This document shows, one piece after another, positions 9,487 through 19,980 of a stretch of 64,000 nt of DNA (position 1 is its first letter; the number at the start of each line of letters is the position of its first letter). The stretch spans positions 47,051 to 111,050 of IMG/VR virus record IMGVR_UViG_3300045051_000179. One strand, given 5' to 3'. The DNA comes from a virus (lineage: Duplodnaviria > Heunggongvirae > Uroviricota > Caudoviricetes). The notes below the pieces were generated by a model. It worked only from the letters and a program-made list of their open reading frames with translations. It did not search any database and was not told the origin of the DNA. The position numbers and the translations under genes were made by a program.

Positions 9487-9855
9487 ATGGCCCTTTTGCG
9501 TCTAGCAAGTAATGAGACCAAGAAGATTCAACTAGGAGATTCTGAGGAAGACTTCATCGAAGTCAAGGCAGACATCAGCAAGCGTACCTTCATTCAACTG
9601 ATCCAGTCCATGCCTGAGGGCATCACGGATGGCACTTCGCTCACGATCAGCGATAGCGTTGGGCTACAGGAGAAATTGTTCAGCACCTTCGTAACCGACT
9701 GGTCCCTGAAGGACGAGAAGGGCGCTCCTCTCCCGGCAGACGTAGATAACTACCTGCTGCTTAGTCGAGAGGCAGCCGACGCGGTTGACGCCGCCGTTGT
9801 GGCGCATTTCGAGAGTCTGTCGCCGTCGAAGGACGATGCCACCAAAAGCGCGTGA
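9487..9855 (+). CDS. Tail assembly chaperone (G-like).
   Basis: A 122-aa acidic protein immediately upstream of the tape measure gene. It is overlapped by a downstream ORF in another frame. Confidence 0.6.
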   Translation: MALLRLASNETKKIQLGDSEEDFIEVKADISKRTFIQLIQSMPEGITDGTSLTISDSVGLQEKLFSTFVTDWSLKDEKGAPLPADVDNYLLLSREAADAVDAAVVAHFESLSPSKDDATKSA

Positions 9856-10141
9856 TCTAGCCCGTCTGACGGCGGAAGGATTCAAGGTAGAGGCACTTCG
9901 TAAGCAGCGTCCCGACCTAGCGCGAGCCTACGATCTTTACGTCGAATGTCGTCTTGTTCAGATCATCGGCCTCGAAATCCCGAAGAACAAGAAAACATCT
10001 CTACACATTACACCGTATACCTCCGGCTATGGCTCCCTTCCTGAGCCCGGTGGCATGCTCGATCAGCCTTATCGCATGATGGAATTGTGGTCGCACTTCC
10101 TCGCTGGCGATAGGCTCGCATTCAGTAAATCCCTCAAATGA
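9785..10141 (+). CDS. Frameshift extension of the tail assembly chaperone (GT-like), read in the +1 frame.
   Basis: The ORF is open from 9785 in frame 2 and overlaps the last 70 nt of the G ORF. It has no start codon or ribosome-binding site of its own, and it ends 80 nt before the tape measure gene. Confidence 0.5.
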   Translation: MTPPLWRISRVCRRRRTMPPKARDLARLTAEGFKVEALRKQRPDLARAYDLYVECRLVQIIGLEIPKNKKTSLHITPYTSGYGSLPEPGGMLDQPYRMMELWSHFLAGDRLAFSKSLK

Positions 10142-10152
10142 GGAGGACAAGA

Positions 10153-10203
10153 CCGCCTATCTGCTAACTATGTCACGACACTAGAGCAGATGGGCGGTTT
10201 TTT
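10153..10203 (+). terminator. Rho-independent terminator between the chaperone and tape measure genes.
   Basis: The arm ccgcctatctgct pairs with agcagatgggcgg (13 bp including one G-U pair) and is followed by tttttt. Confidence 0.55.
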
Positions 10204-10220
10204 CTGTTTAAGGCAGATAC

Positions 10221-13200
10221 ATGGCTAGTCAAAGCGATATCAAACTGAATATAGTCGTATCTGTCAGCGGACAACAGGCGCTTAATACGCTGGCGTCCGG
10301 TATTGCTCGGGTTAATGCCGTACAGGCACGTGCTGCTACAGCCGCCAACAACACTACGCAGGCAGTGTCTCGCCAGAGAACACAACTGACGGGTCTTGCC
10401 GGTCGCCTAGAGGAAGCCGAGACCCGATATGATGCTTTGTATCGCGCATCGTACCGACTTCAGATCGTTGGATCGCAACTAGTAAATGGCGGTAAAGACA
10501 TCCTCGGTATGGTCAAGATGTTGACCGATGGCTGGGGCGACTTTGAGTTCATGGTCAACCGTGCTGCTGGTGCCTTGCAGATTTGGAAGAACGTAGGATC
10601 ATCGCTCAATCCGATCTATACTGCTCTGATCGATAATCTTCAGGCTGCCACAAAAGAACTTCGTCTATTCCCTGCTGATGATGTAGCCAAGGCAACATAC
10701 TTCTGGGCATCAACATCTGGTCAAGCCGTCAATTCTCTATCTGACCTAAAGGTCGTGATGGAGGCCGTTAATCCTTTGATGAAGGTCGCGGCCCTTACGC
10801 AGACCAGTTACGAAACAGCCATCAAGGGTGTCTACAGTATTATCGTCCAGTATGGTAAGGGCCTTGGCGATGTTGCTGATGTAACCAACAAACTTTTCCT
10901 GTCCTCACAGCGTACCGCCCTTGAGTTCCCCGACCTGATCAACGCCTTCAAGTTTGTGGGTCCTGTCGCTGGCGCCTTGGGTGTTAGTTTCGAGGATGTC
11001 GCTAACGTCCTAGGCCAGATCGGTGACGCCGGTATCCGTGGCACCATGGCTGGCCGCGCACTTCGCCAGATGTTCATTCAGTTGGAGCGCCCAACGGCAA
11101 AGACGACTAGCGTTCTTAACGCTCTGTTCATGAGCACGAAGGGCATCAACAAGTCCTTCAAAGACGTAGTATTCCCGAATGGCAAGTTCGTCGGTATCAC
11201 AGGTTTCGTTCACGCCCTTGCTGTCGCGCTTAAGGACGCTGATACAGCACAACGTGGTCTTGTTCTCGCTTCTATCTCAACAGCGAACGAACTGCCTGTC
11301 TTGACAGCCCTTGTTGGTAACGAAATCAAGGTGATCAAGGGTATTCCGGGCGCATACGACAAGGCTAAGTCTTCGGTTAGCAATGCCGCCAATGCCGCTG
11401 AGCAGTTCAGAAGGTCTTGGGAATTGCTAGCCAATTCATGGAAGGGTATCACCGGGCGTATCACCGCTGGCGTGGAAGTCATTAAACTCAAGATCGGTCA
11501 GGACATTGCCAATGCCTTGCGTCCTGCTGTCGAGCGAGTTACAGAACTTCTCGACAAGATTGAAAAGTGGGTTAAGCAGAATCCGGCCATTGTAACTGCC
11601 CTAGGAAGGCTGGCCGGTATTGGCGCTGCTGTTATGGCACTTGCTGGATTCGCCCTTATTGCCACAGGCTCGTTGCTCGGCCTATACGCAGCAGTCAGGG
11701 TGCTTGCCACAGGATTTGGCCGACTGATTGCCCCGATTACTGGTGTTGTCGGTCTGGTTACATTGTTCGGAGAGGCCATTCTCCGCAACTGGACCCGCAT
11801 TACTCGAACCCTATCTCCGGCTATTAAACGCCTGACGGATACATTCCGCTCGTCAAATCCAATCATCCAGCAAATCCGCGAGGCTTGGCTAAGCGCACAC
11901 AAAACCATCAATGATTTCATGGACTTCATTGTTCGAGTTGCCGTAAGCGTTTTGCGCCACTTCCTAGACATGATCAGCGGGGTCGCCAATTCGAATCTCG
12001 GTAAATGGCTCGCGCAAGTTAGTGCTGAACTTGTGAAGTTAGTCACCATTGCAGCGGGCGTGTTGCTCGCGCTAAAAGGTCTGAATCTTATCTGGGTTGT
12101 TCTGGCCGGGACTGTTAAGTTGTTCTTGAGTCCTCTCCGTAGTATGTTCATGGGCCTTGTTCAAATGGGTGATGCTGCCGTGATTGCAGGCGGTGGACTG
12201 AAGGGCCTTAAGGCAGCGCTTAGCGCCATCAGCCTCACAGGCGCTCTCGCGATCATTACGGCCCTTGTCTTTGCTGTCCAGCAACTCGCAGAGATGAACT
12301 TCCTAGGCATCGGTGACTTTTTCAAGAACCTTACTCGCGGCCTGCCGGAAATAAAGAATGAAGTCAAAGACCTATTAGCAGAGATGGGTGATGCCGGTAA
12401 GGGCCTCGGCCCCCGAATTGCGGATATGGCAACAGCAGCATGGGGCGCATCGGAAAAGGCAGCACAAAAAGCAGCCGATGCCGCCAGCAATGCCGCTGAG
12501 GCGGCGCGTGTTGATCTGACGAAGGGATTTGATCTATTAGGAATCTCCACATTCAAGGCCATGCAGGCTCAGGACGCCTTAGATAAGGTAAAGAAGTCTG
12601 CTGAGGAAATGAAGAAGGAGTTGCTCGAAGGAGTAGTGGCTGCCGCAGATGCCGCTGGCGTTAATGTCGATGATTTTGCCTCTCGCGTGGTCGTTGGGCT
12701 AGGCAAGATGAGACTGTCTTGGTACGACGCCTCTAAATATGCCACTGATTTCTTCGGTATAGTCAAGGACGGAACACCCTCGGTAGAGGATGCCGTGCAA
12801 CTATGGAACAAGATGTTCTCGCAGGGCCTGACTAAGGGTCTTGATCCGAAGCAGTTCCTTAAGGACACCGTTAGCCAAGAAGACATCAATAAGTACATCA
12901 ATGACATCAATGCCAAGATTCTGATTGCCGAAAAGATTGGCCCTGCGCTTCAGAACAAGGATTTTGGAGTCGCCTATGGGATTCTCCTACAACTTAAGAA
13001 TGATTCTAGTCAGTATTCAGACCAGATCAATGCACAGGTTGATAATTTGATCGGTGGGATTCCCGAGACGATCAAGGGTGTTGTTGAGGAGGCATCGAAC
13101 ATCGCTGTTCGGGCTCCACAAGAGATTGCTGACGCTATTGTTGCTGGCGTGGCCAAGATCAAAGACTTCAAAACTACCCTAAAGAAGGCCCTTGCTGGGC

Positions 13201-14216
13201 TGATGAAACCTCAGGATTTTGTGTCCGGTCTTATTGGCGACATCACGAGCGCTGATCTTAAGTCGGCATTTACTTCTGACAAGGTTGGCGCTGTTGATCT
13301 AGCGCAAGGCGCTCTCGACGGCTTGATGACTACGTTTGCTGACGCAATTGCATCGGCTGGCGAAGACCTCGGGCCTTTGCAGGCTGCTGTAAAGAAGGCA
13401 TTTGGTCCGCAATTGATCACCGCCGCCCTAGGCGATCTTCATACGTGGAAGGGCGTCAAGTTAACTCCGGAGCAGACCAAGGCCATCCAGCAAATGGTCG
13501 ATACGTTGTTCCCGCAGTTTGCTCCGCTTCCATCTGGCTCAGTTGTCACATCCACTGCCTCTGAACTAGCCAAGAAGATTCCGAAGATGCTGGCTTCGGA
13601 GTTTGATCCGAAATACAACCGCGACACTGTGCCGCTACCGAAGACTGGATCGGACGCATTTGCTTCCATTATTGCAGGAATGCGTACTCAGGTCGAGCCG
13701 ATGAAGAAACTGGCCAGTGACACACAGAGTGAAATATCCCTGATCATGAGGACGAGTCTTTTCAGTGACGGCTTTACTTCGGCTAAGACGTACTCAGATG
13801 GCTGGGCATCAGGGTCGAAATACTACATCATGCCACGCCTGATCCGTACTCTCCGGTCCATCTCGGATTACGTAGCCGGTAAGTCCCCTCCACCCAAGGG
13901 ACCACTCAAGGATATTGACAAGGGTGGTTTTAATGTTGGGCAGGCATGGGCTACGGCTGTTGGTTCCGGCGCGATGCTGGCAGTTCAGCAGGCATCCTCT
14001 GCTGCTGCTCAAGTCAATAGAGCCCTGCAACTCGACAGTGATGGTCTTTCTAGTTCTATGAGCCTCGATACCACTAATTCACGCAAGGTCATTGTTGAGG
14101 TACAGGTTACATCACCTGATGGTTCTGTTGGCAAGATGGACATGAAGACACTGGCCGGTGCGCTAACTGGTTCGGCCCTCACTAGATCGCTCGAAGCAGC
14201 GGCAGCCGCAAAGTAA
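10221..14216 (+). CDS. Tape measure protein.
   Basis: A 1331-aa protein with Ala-rich hydrophobic segments in the middle and a coiled N-terminus, lying after the G/GT pair. Confidence 0.85.
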   Translation: MASQSDIKLNIVVSVSGQQALNTLASGIARVNAVQARAATAANNTTQAVSRQRTQLTGLAGRLEEAETRYDALYRASYRLQIVGSQLVNGGKDILGMVKMLTDGWGDFEFMVNRAAGALQIWKNVGSSLNPIYTALIDNLQAATKELRLFPADDVAKATYFWASTSGQAVNSLSDLKVVMEAVNPLMKVAALTQTSYETAIKGVYSIIVQYGKGLGDVADVTNKLFLSSQRTALEFPDLINAFKFVGPVAGALGVSFEDVANVLGQIGDAGIRGTMAGRALRQMFIQLERPTAKTTSVLNALFMSTKGINKSFKDVVFPNGKFVGITGFVHALAVALKDADTAQRGLVLASISTANELPVLTALVGNEIKVIKGIPGAYDKAKSSVSNAANAAEQFRRSWELLANSWKGITGRITAGVEVIKLKIGQDIANALRPAVERVTELLDKIEKWVKQNPAIVTALGRLAGIGAAVMALAGFALIATGSLLGLYAAVRVLATGFGRLIAPITGVVGLVTLFGEAILRNWTRITRTLSPAIKRLTDTFRSSNPIIQQIREAWLSAHKTINDFMDFIVRVAVSVLRHFLDMISGVANSNLGKWLAQVSAELVKLVTIAAGVLLALKGLNLIWVVLAGTVKLFLSPLRSMFMGLVQMGDAAVIAGGGLKGLKAALSAISLTGALAIITALVFAVQQLAEMNFLGIGDFFKNLTRGLPEIKNEVKDLLAEMGDAGKGLGPRIADMATAAWGASEKAAQKAADAASNAAEAARVDLTKGFDLLGISTFKAMQAQDALDKVKKSAEEMKKELLEGVVAAADAAGVNVDDFASRVVVGLGKMRLSWYDASKYATDFFGIVKDGTPSVEDAVQLWNKMFSQGLTKGLDPKQFLKDTVSQEDINKYINDINAKILIAEKIGPALQNKDFGVAYGILLQLKNDSSQYSDQINAQVDNLIGGIPETIKGVVEEASNIAVRAPQEIADAIVAGVAKIKDFKTTLKKALAGLMKPQDFVSGLIGDITSADLKSAFTSDKVGAVDLAQGALDGLMTTFADAIASAGEDLGPLQAAVKKAFGPQLITAALGDLHTWKGVKLTPEQTKAIQQMVDTLFPQFAPLPSGSVVTSTASELAKKIPKMLASEFDPKYNRDTVPLPKTGSDAFASIIAGMRTQVEPMKKLASDTQSEISLIMRTSLFSDGFTSAKTYSDGWASGSKYYIMPRLIRTLRSISDYVAGKSPPPKGPLKDIDKGGFNVGQAWATAVGSGAMLAVQQASSAAAQVNRALQLDSDGLSSSMSLDTTNSRKVIVEVQVTSPDGSVGKMDMKTLAGALTGSALTRSLEAAAAAK

Positions 14217-14226
14217 GGAATAGGGA

Positions 14227-15801
14227 ATGACAACGACAGTCTATTGCAGCAAAGATGCCAGCGCACTGATGAATGCCACGATCTACAATTGGTCGGGCTC
14301 CGATCTTCATCATCCCGTAGGAAGAATGTACGGCGGTGCCTATCTAGTTCGATCTGCAATCTACTTCCCTATTTCCTTCTCTGGCATCACCACGATTTCC
14401 TCTGCTGTTTTGTGGCTCCGTGGATCGAAGACGGGCTCCTCACATTGCTATGGCGACACAACGACTAAGACTGTCTATATTCGTCGTAGCCTTAAGACAT
14501 GGGGTGAAGATACTCCTAACCCTGAGGGCATGTGGGAAAATAGAACATGGGATGGAGACGATCTAAACTCTACGAGCCTAACCAATCAGGCTTCACTTAC
14601 TTTGTCCTCGGGCGTCACTGACGGAACGTGGTATTCAGTAGATATCACTGGCATTGTTAATGACTGGAAGAACGGGGCTCTCAATCTCGGTCTCATCCTG
14701 ATCAATAGTAACGATACGGATTATCATGATGGTGTTGAATTCTATTCTCGCGAAAAGGGTAGCGCGTACCGCCCGTATGTTGTTCTCACGACCAGCAGCA
14801 ATACCGCCCCGAACGCGCCAACGGGACTTGCTCCGACTGGCGATGCTACGGTTTCCTCGCTTAAGCCGACGTTCACTGGTACGTTTAGCGACCCGAACGC
14901 GGGAGACTCGTTAACCGCATATCAGATTCTCCTTTATGCTGACGACGGAACGACACTAATATGGGACTCTGGCTCGGTCGGCGGCATCGGCACAACATTC
15001 TCTAGGACATACTCTGGTCCAGCCCTATCGTACAACACGTTCTATAAGTGGAAGGCGAGAACTAGAGACAGTGCCCTTGCATACGGCCCGTACTCGTCGC
15101 TTCAGAGATTCCAGACCGTCAATGATACTCCACCACCAGTCATTACCGGTCTATCTGCAACGATCCTTACAAATTCTATCGATCTTGACTGGGACATTTC
15201 TACGCTGGCAGATGCAGATTTCGATCACTACGAACTGTATCGTCGCGTCTTCGGTGACACAGAGTGGACGGAACTATCCTCCATCTTCACCAAGACATCA
15301 TTGATCTTCCACGACCTAGGTGTCTCGTTCGGCGTTCTCTACGAATACAAGATTACGCAATTCAAGAATTCTGGTGGTGGATTCGATATCGAGTCCGATG
15401 ATTCCGATATCGTCGAAGCATCCCTTGAGGGTGATGCTCTCGATATCTGGATGGTCGTAGGCGCTGACGGTGATCCTGATCATACCTTTGAACTTCCGGT
15501 CACCGCAGACTCCTTTGTCGAGCCTATCCAGCAGGAGGTTTTCGAGCCCCTTGGATCGGAGCGTAAGACCGTTGTCCGAGGCAAGGTACTTGGTGCTGAG
15601 GGAACACTATCAGTGCTTTGGGACTCCTCTGAGCGCGATGAGATTCTACCGAAACTTCACTATATCACTCACCACCGTGGGCCGCATATTCTCCGCTCAC
15701 CATTCGGTGATACGTGGCTGGTAGAGTTTGGTGGTCCGACCAAGGCGTATGAGCCTGTTGGTCACTTGAATGTCTCCCTGCAATGGACAGAGGTAGCGTA
15801 A
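14227..15801 (+). CDS. Minor tail protein (distal-tail-like) with a DNRLRE-like N-terminal domain and FN3-like repeats.
   Basis: The segments SAVLWLRGSK ... TWGEDTPNPEGMWENRTWDGDDL and PNAPTGLAPTGDATVSSLKPTFTGTF ... YQILLYADDG fit the fibronectin type III pattern. The gene is directly downstream of the tape measure gene. Confidence 0.6.
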   Translation: MTTTVYCSKDASALMNATIYNWSGSDLHHPVGRMYGGAYLVRSAIYFPISFSGITTISSAVLWLRGSKTGSSHCYGDTTTKTVYIRRSLKTWGEDTPNPEGMWENRTWDGDDLNSTSLTNQASLTLSSGVTDGTWYSVDITGIVNDWKNGALNLGLILINSNDTDYHDGVEFYSREKGSAYRPYVVLTTSSNTAPNAPTGLAPTGDATVSSLKPTFTGTFSDPNAGDSLTAYQILLYADDGTTLIWDSGSVGGIGTTFSRTYSGPALSYNTFYKWKARTRDSALAYGPYSSLQRFQTVNDTPPPVITGLSATILTNSIDLDWDISTLADADFDHYELYRRVFGDTEWTELSSIFTKTSLIFHDLGVSFGVLYEYKITQFKNSGGGFDIESDDSDIVEASLEGDALDIWMVVGADGDPDHTFELPVTADSFVEPIQQEVFEPLGSERKTVVRGKVLGAEGTLSVLWDSSERDEILPKLHYITHHRGPHILRSPFGDTWLVEFGGPTKAYEPVGHLNVSLQWTEVA

Positions 15802-16542
15802 ATGCAAACCGTTACCGATGCCTTCATCGAAGAACTACGTCAACCTGTCTTTCAGATGCGAGTCCGTATGGATGTGCTCGACTCCTCCGGTGATCCCGTT
15901 GATGGCGGTACCTTCAATGACGTTGGTTTCAGTTCTGACTCTACGGCTATTCTTCTGGATGGCTCGGTAGACGTTGACGTGACCCGACCAGCCCGTAGAA
16001 CATTCACAGCGACCCTCTTGAATCAATTCGGTCAGTGGAGTCCATCTGCGGATTGGTCGGGCTTATTCTATGTTGACCGAGAAGTCAAGTTATATCGTGG
16101 CCTAGTCTACCGTGACGGTACGGACGAATTGGTCCCCATCGGTACCTTCCTTATCGATCACGCTGATGTGATTGTCGAGCGCAATATGTCTACCGTTGTC
16201 CTGTCTGGCACCGACCGATGGAAGAAGATCGCAAAGTCACTAGCCACCCATACGCATACGTGGGCCGTAAACACGAACATCAATACCGTGATCACGGACA
16301 TCCTGACGCTTATCGGTGCAGGGGTGACAACCTCCCTTGATACTCTTGGATCAAGGTCTGCCCTAGCCAAGGAATTGAATGTGAAATTAGTCGTAGAATT
16401 AGGCGACTCATGGGGCGATGTCTTATGGAAGTTGGCAGCAGACTACGGCATCGATATGTACTTTGATCCAGATGGTGTTTTCACGACACAGGATATGCAG
16501 AATCCGGATGATCAAGCGATTGTCTATACGTTCGTAGCATGA
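15802..16542 (+). CDS. Minor tail protein.
   Basis: Assigned by position. Its start is coupled to the previous stop codon. Confidence 0.45.
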   Translation: MQTVTDAFIEELRQPVFQMRVRMDVLDSSGDPVDGGTFNDVGFSSDSTAILLDGSVDVDVTRPARRTFTATLLNQFGQWSPSADWSGLFYVDREVKLYRGLVYRDGTDELVPIGTFLIDHADVIVERNMSTVVLSGTDRWKKIAKSLATHTHTWAVNTNINTVITDILTLIGAGVTTSLDTLGSRSALAKELNVKLVVELGDSWGDVLWKLAADYGIDMYFDPDGVFTTQDMQNPDDQAIVYTFVA

Positions 16543-16549
16543 GGCGATA

Positions 16550-18316
16550 ATGGCAGTTTCAGTTAGACAGTTCACAACGGCCTCTACGGCGACCGGTCCC
16601 CTCACGATCACATTCACGGACGACCCGATTCCGGGCAATCTGCTATTTATGTGGCAGTCTGAACGCAATGATCCGCATCCATTACTCGGAAGTTCAAGTT
16701 TTAATCCGCCTAGCAGAGTATGGACCTCTGTTGTCAGTGATGTATTTGTCGGTCATGGCAACTATCATGGCAACATGGTCTGGCGAGTCTCTGATGGTTC
16801 AGAAAGAAGCCTCTCTTACGATGGCACAGACCAGAGTCTGGTTGCCATGTGGGAGGTTGAGGGCTCTAATGGCGTTATTGCGGAAGTTCTTCAGGTCGCT
16901 GGTGCCTCCGGTGTAACACAGACTATTGGAACATTTGCTACTCCTGCTGCTGGTTCGTTGCGAATCATGGGTCTTTCCGGAGAAAACCAGAACTGGACGC
17001 CTGCCTCTGGGTGGACGGAGGATTGGGATACCTTCTATGTTGAGGGTGGCGATGGGCAGCCGACGATCTATGCTGCCCACAGTTCTTCTTCTAATGTAGC
17101 ACAGGCCACGGCCAATGGCAGCACGCTCTATGCTGGCGTAGCACTCATGATCGAACCCGGTGGCCTCGATTGTAATCCGAGATTTATCGATAACTTCAAT
17201 CGACAGATTACCCTTACATCTGGAACCGACAACTACGGACGAACCCTAGACGGCTTGACATGGGATGGATCGAATACCATTCCCGGTGGCGGCTCTACAT
17301 CGATCTATTCCGTTGATGGATCGTCTGCCTACCTAGATATAGATATCACGAATGATTCTGCTAATAGCCATGTTGAGTCGCTGACAGTTCCGTTTGAGTT
17401 GTGGATGCTCAACAATCAGGACTATACTGTACGATTCAAGACCTCCAGTATCCCCAATGGAACATCTGGTCACCACTACACGGAATTCGATTTCGATATC
17501 GACGGGCCTACAGATGGTCCAATTCAGGCAAAGGCTAGGATTTCTTCTTCTGCGACCTACGGTAGCCTCCATCTTGGCGGCAGCAATGTCGCTAAGACGA
17601 ACTGGATTGCCGATGAGTGGTATACCTTAGCCATCCAAAGAACAAATTCGAATACCAAGGTTAAGGTCTGGGCTGATTCTGAAGTCGAACCTGTTGGATA
17701 CGCGGTAACGCTCACGGGTGATTATTCGTGGCCAATCGATACTGATGCAGTGTTTACGCTTGGTATCGATTGGACGCAGATCACTAGCGCCACTCCGGCG
17801 AGGATACAATTCTATCTCGATGACCTGATTGCAGGTTGTATTGAGAATGTGCCCGTCACCCCACCGACAGCCACATTCGGTACCTATACCAGAGACAGGA
17901 TGCTTCTCAGCATTCGTGCCTCCTTCACCGACGACAACTTGTATAATCATGCACTTGTTATCGGTACCGGAGATAAGACCACCACATATGTATCTGAAGT
18001 CAGAGACGACGATGCCGGATCGCCAACGAGAATAGCCTCCATCGGTGATCGTGTATTCAAGTTCGAGACAGATCAGATCAGTTCTCAGGTGGCGGCTGAT
18101 GCTGCCGCGAGAAAGGCGTTCCTTCAGCATTGCCTAGTGTCGGAAGACATCGACCTAGAGGCCATCTGCAATCCTGCTTTCGAGGGTAATGATGTCATTG
18201 CTGTTCAGGAATTGACATTCTCTGAACTGAATCGCAAATTCCGTATCAGGGCCTTTACGATTCCGCTATCGACATCTCGACAGGTATTCAAACTGAGTAG
18301 GGTTATTGCGCTGTGA
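16550..18316 (+). CDS. Minor tail or baseplate protein.
   Basis: A 588-aa protein rich in Thr, Ser and Gly, located within the tail module. Confidence 0.5.
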   Translation: MAVSVRQFTTASTATGPLTITFTDDPIPGNLLFMWQSERNDPHPLLGSSSFNPPSRVWTSVVSDVFVGHGNYHGNMVWRVSDGSERSLSYDGTDQSLVAMWEVEGSNGVIAEVLQVAGASGVTQTIGTFATPAAGSLRIMGLSGENQNWTPASGWTEDWDTFYVEGGDGQPTIYAAHSSSSNVAQATANGSTLYAGVALMIEPGGLDCNPRFIDNFNRQITLTSGTDNYGRTLDGLTWDGSNTIPGGGSTSIYSVDGSSAYLDIDITNDSANSHVESLTVPFELWMLNNQDYTVRFKTSSIPNGTSGHHYTEFDFDIDGPTDGPIQAKARISSSATYGSLHLGGSNVAKTNWIADEWYTLAIQRTNSNTKVKVWADSEVEPVGYAVTLTGDYSWPIDTDAVFTLGIDWTQITSATPARIQFYLDDLIAGCIENVPVTPPTATFGTYTRDRMLLSIRASFTDDNLYNHALVIGTGDKTTTYVSEVRDDDAGSPTRIASIGDRVFKFETDQISSQVAADAAARKAFLQHCLVSEDIDLEAICNPAFEGNDVIAVQELTFSELNRKFRIRAFTIPLSTSRQVFKLSRVIAL

Positions 18317-19965
18317 CACAGTTACCAAACCAAGAACAGAATCAGATCAATAACAATCTTGCCAGTCGAATCATCGATGTCATCGACGCTCGTATTAAGC
18401 GCAAGACTCGATCCATGGCCATGGTCGAAACAACATGGGGAGAGGTTGCTGCTCGCGATACTGGCGCTAATACTGTTGATGTCTATCTCTATGGATCAGC
18501 ATACTCGTCTCCCGGTTTTCGTGTCATTGCTGGTGGCCCGCCTCTGGTTGGTGCTCGTGTACGAGTTGCCATTGACAAGGAGCGCGGTGATCGATGGGTC
18601 ATGGAGCCCATTACCAGCGGCTCTGGTACCACCATTGGTGGCACTGTCGGAGCGATGGAAGACGGTTCTACCGTTGTGGCTGCCCCGACATCGATAGACT
18701 TCCGCCACGGACTTGACGTTACATCGAGCGGCACAACCGCAAGAGTTGCCGTTGACGAAACCGAACTCAGCATCCCAGAAGCAAGCCTATCTATCGCAGA
18801 CAATACGACTGGCAATGTCACTAGTACCGCTCATGGTTTCGCCCCGAAATCGCCCGCTGATGCAACGAAGTTCCTGAACGGAGCCACTACACCGGCATGG
18901 GCGCAGGTAAAAGACTCTGACCTTAGCACAACCGACATTACGACGAACAACAGTTCTTCGACAAAGCATGGATTTGCACCGAAGTCTCCTGCTGATGCCA
19001 CACAGTTCTTGAATGGCGCAACAACCCCTGCCTATGCGCAGGTAAAAGATTCTGACCTTTCTACTTCGGACATCACTACAAATAATGCAACCACGAGCAA
19101 GCACGGATTCCTGCCGAAACTGCCGAATGATGCTGCGAAGTTCCTAGACGGAACTGGTGCCTTTACGACAATATCTGTAGGTCATATGGCTCTTACAAAT
19201 GAGGGCACACAGGACGAAATCAAAGTCCACGGCTCCATGGGAACGACAGAGACTTTTGATCCGACCGATGGAAATGTTCACACCGGAACACTTGACAACA
19301 ACTGTACCTTCACGATCAATGCTCCGATTGGCACTGGTGCGGCCACGCTAGAACTGTGGATTACGCAGGATGGTACTGGTGGCCATACAATCACATGGCC
19401 CGGTAGCGTAACTTCGAACGGTACGTTAACGCCTAGCACTGCCGCAGGGGTTACAGTCCGATATATCCTAGAGAGTGTAGATGGCGGCACGTCTTGGATT
19501 CTCGATCTTGTCGGCGGTGCAAGTGTGGCTACTGTCACGACTAAGGATGAAGGATCAACTCTTTCCTCAACAGTGACAACATTTGATTTCACTGGCGGGG
19601 GCGTAACTGCCTCGGGGTCAGGGGCGACCACAACAGTTAATATCCCCACACCAGCGATTACGACCAAGGATGAAGGATCGACGCTCTCATCGACGGTGAC
19701 AACACTTAACTTTACTGGTGCCGGAGTCACTGCCTCTGGTTCTGGGGCCACAACCACGATTGATATCCCCGGTGGTGGCAGCGGCGGGACAATCACGACA
19801 GAGGACGAGGGCTCAACCCTTTCGTCAACCGTTACAACGCTCAATTTCACGGGCGCTGGTGTTACTGCTTCCGGATCGGGCGCTACCACGACCATCAACA
19901 TTCCGGGTGGCGGAGGAACAACTAGTGCCGCAATGAATGTCTACGCTTTCCTGAATTTCCGATAA
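18313..19965 (+). CDS. Tail fibre protein with two sets of triplicated internal repeats.
   Basis: The sequence HGFAPKSPADATKFLNGATTPAWAQVKDSDLSTTDITTNN occurs three times. The sequence TTKDEGSTLSSTVTTFDFTGGGVTASGSGATTTVNIP also occurs three times. Confidence 0.55.
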   Translation: MTQLPNQEQNQINNNLASRIIDVIDARIKRKTRSMAMVETTWGEVAARDTGANTVDVYLYGSAYSSPGFRVIAGGPPLVGARVRVAIDKERGDRWVMEPITSGSGTTIGGTVGAMEDGSTVVAAPTSIDFRHGLDVTSSGTTARVAVDETELSIPEASLSIADNTTGNVTSTAHGFAPKSPADATKFLNGATTPAWAQVKDSDLSTTDITTNNSSSTKHGFAPKSPADATQFLNGATTPAYAQVKDSDLSTSDITTNNATTSKHGFLPKLPNDAAKFLDGTGAFTTISVGHMALTNEGTQDEIKVHGSMGTTETFDPTDGNVHTGTLDNNCTFTINAPIGTGAATLELWITQDGTGGHTITWPGSVTSNGTLTPSTAAGVTVRYILESVDGGTSWILDLVGGASVATVTTKDEGSTLSSTVTTFDFTGGGVTASGSGATTTVNIPTPAITTKDEGSTLSSTVTTLNFTGAGVTASGSGATTTIDIPGGGSGGTITTEDEGSTLSSTVTTLNFTGAGVTASGSGATTTINIPGGGGTTSAAMNVYAFLNFR

Positions 19966-19980
19966 GGAGAAATCTTCTAA

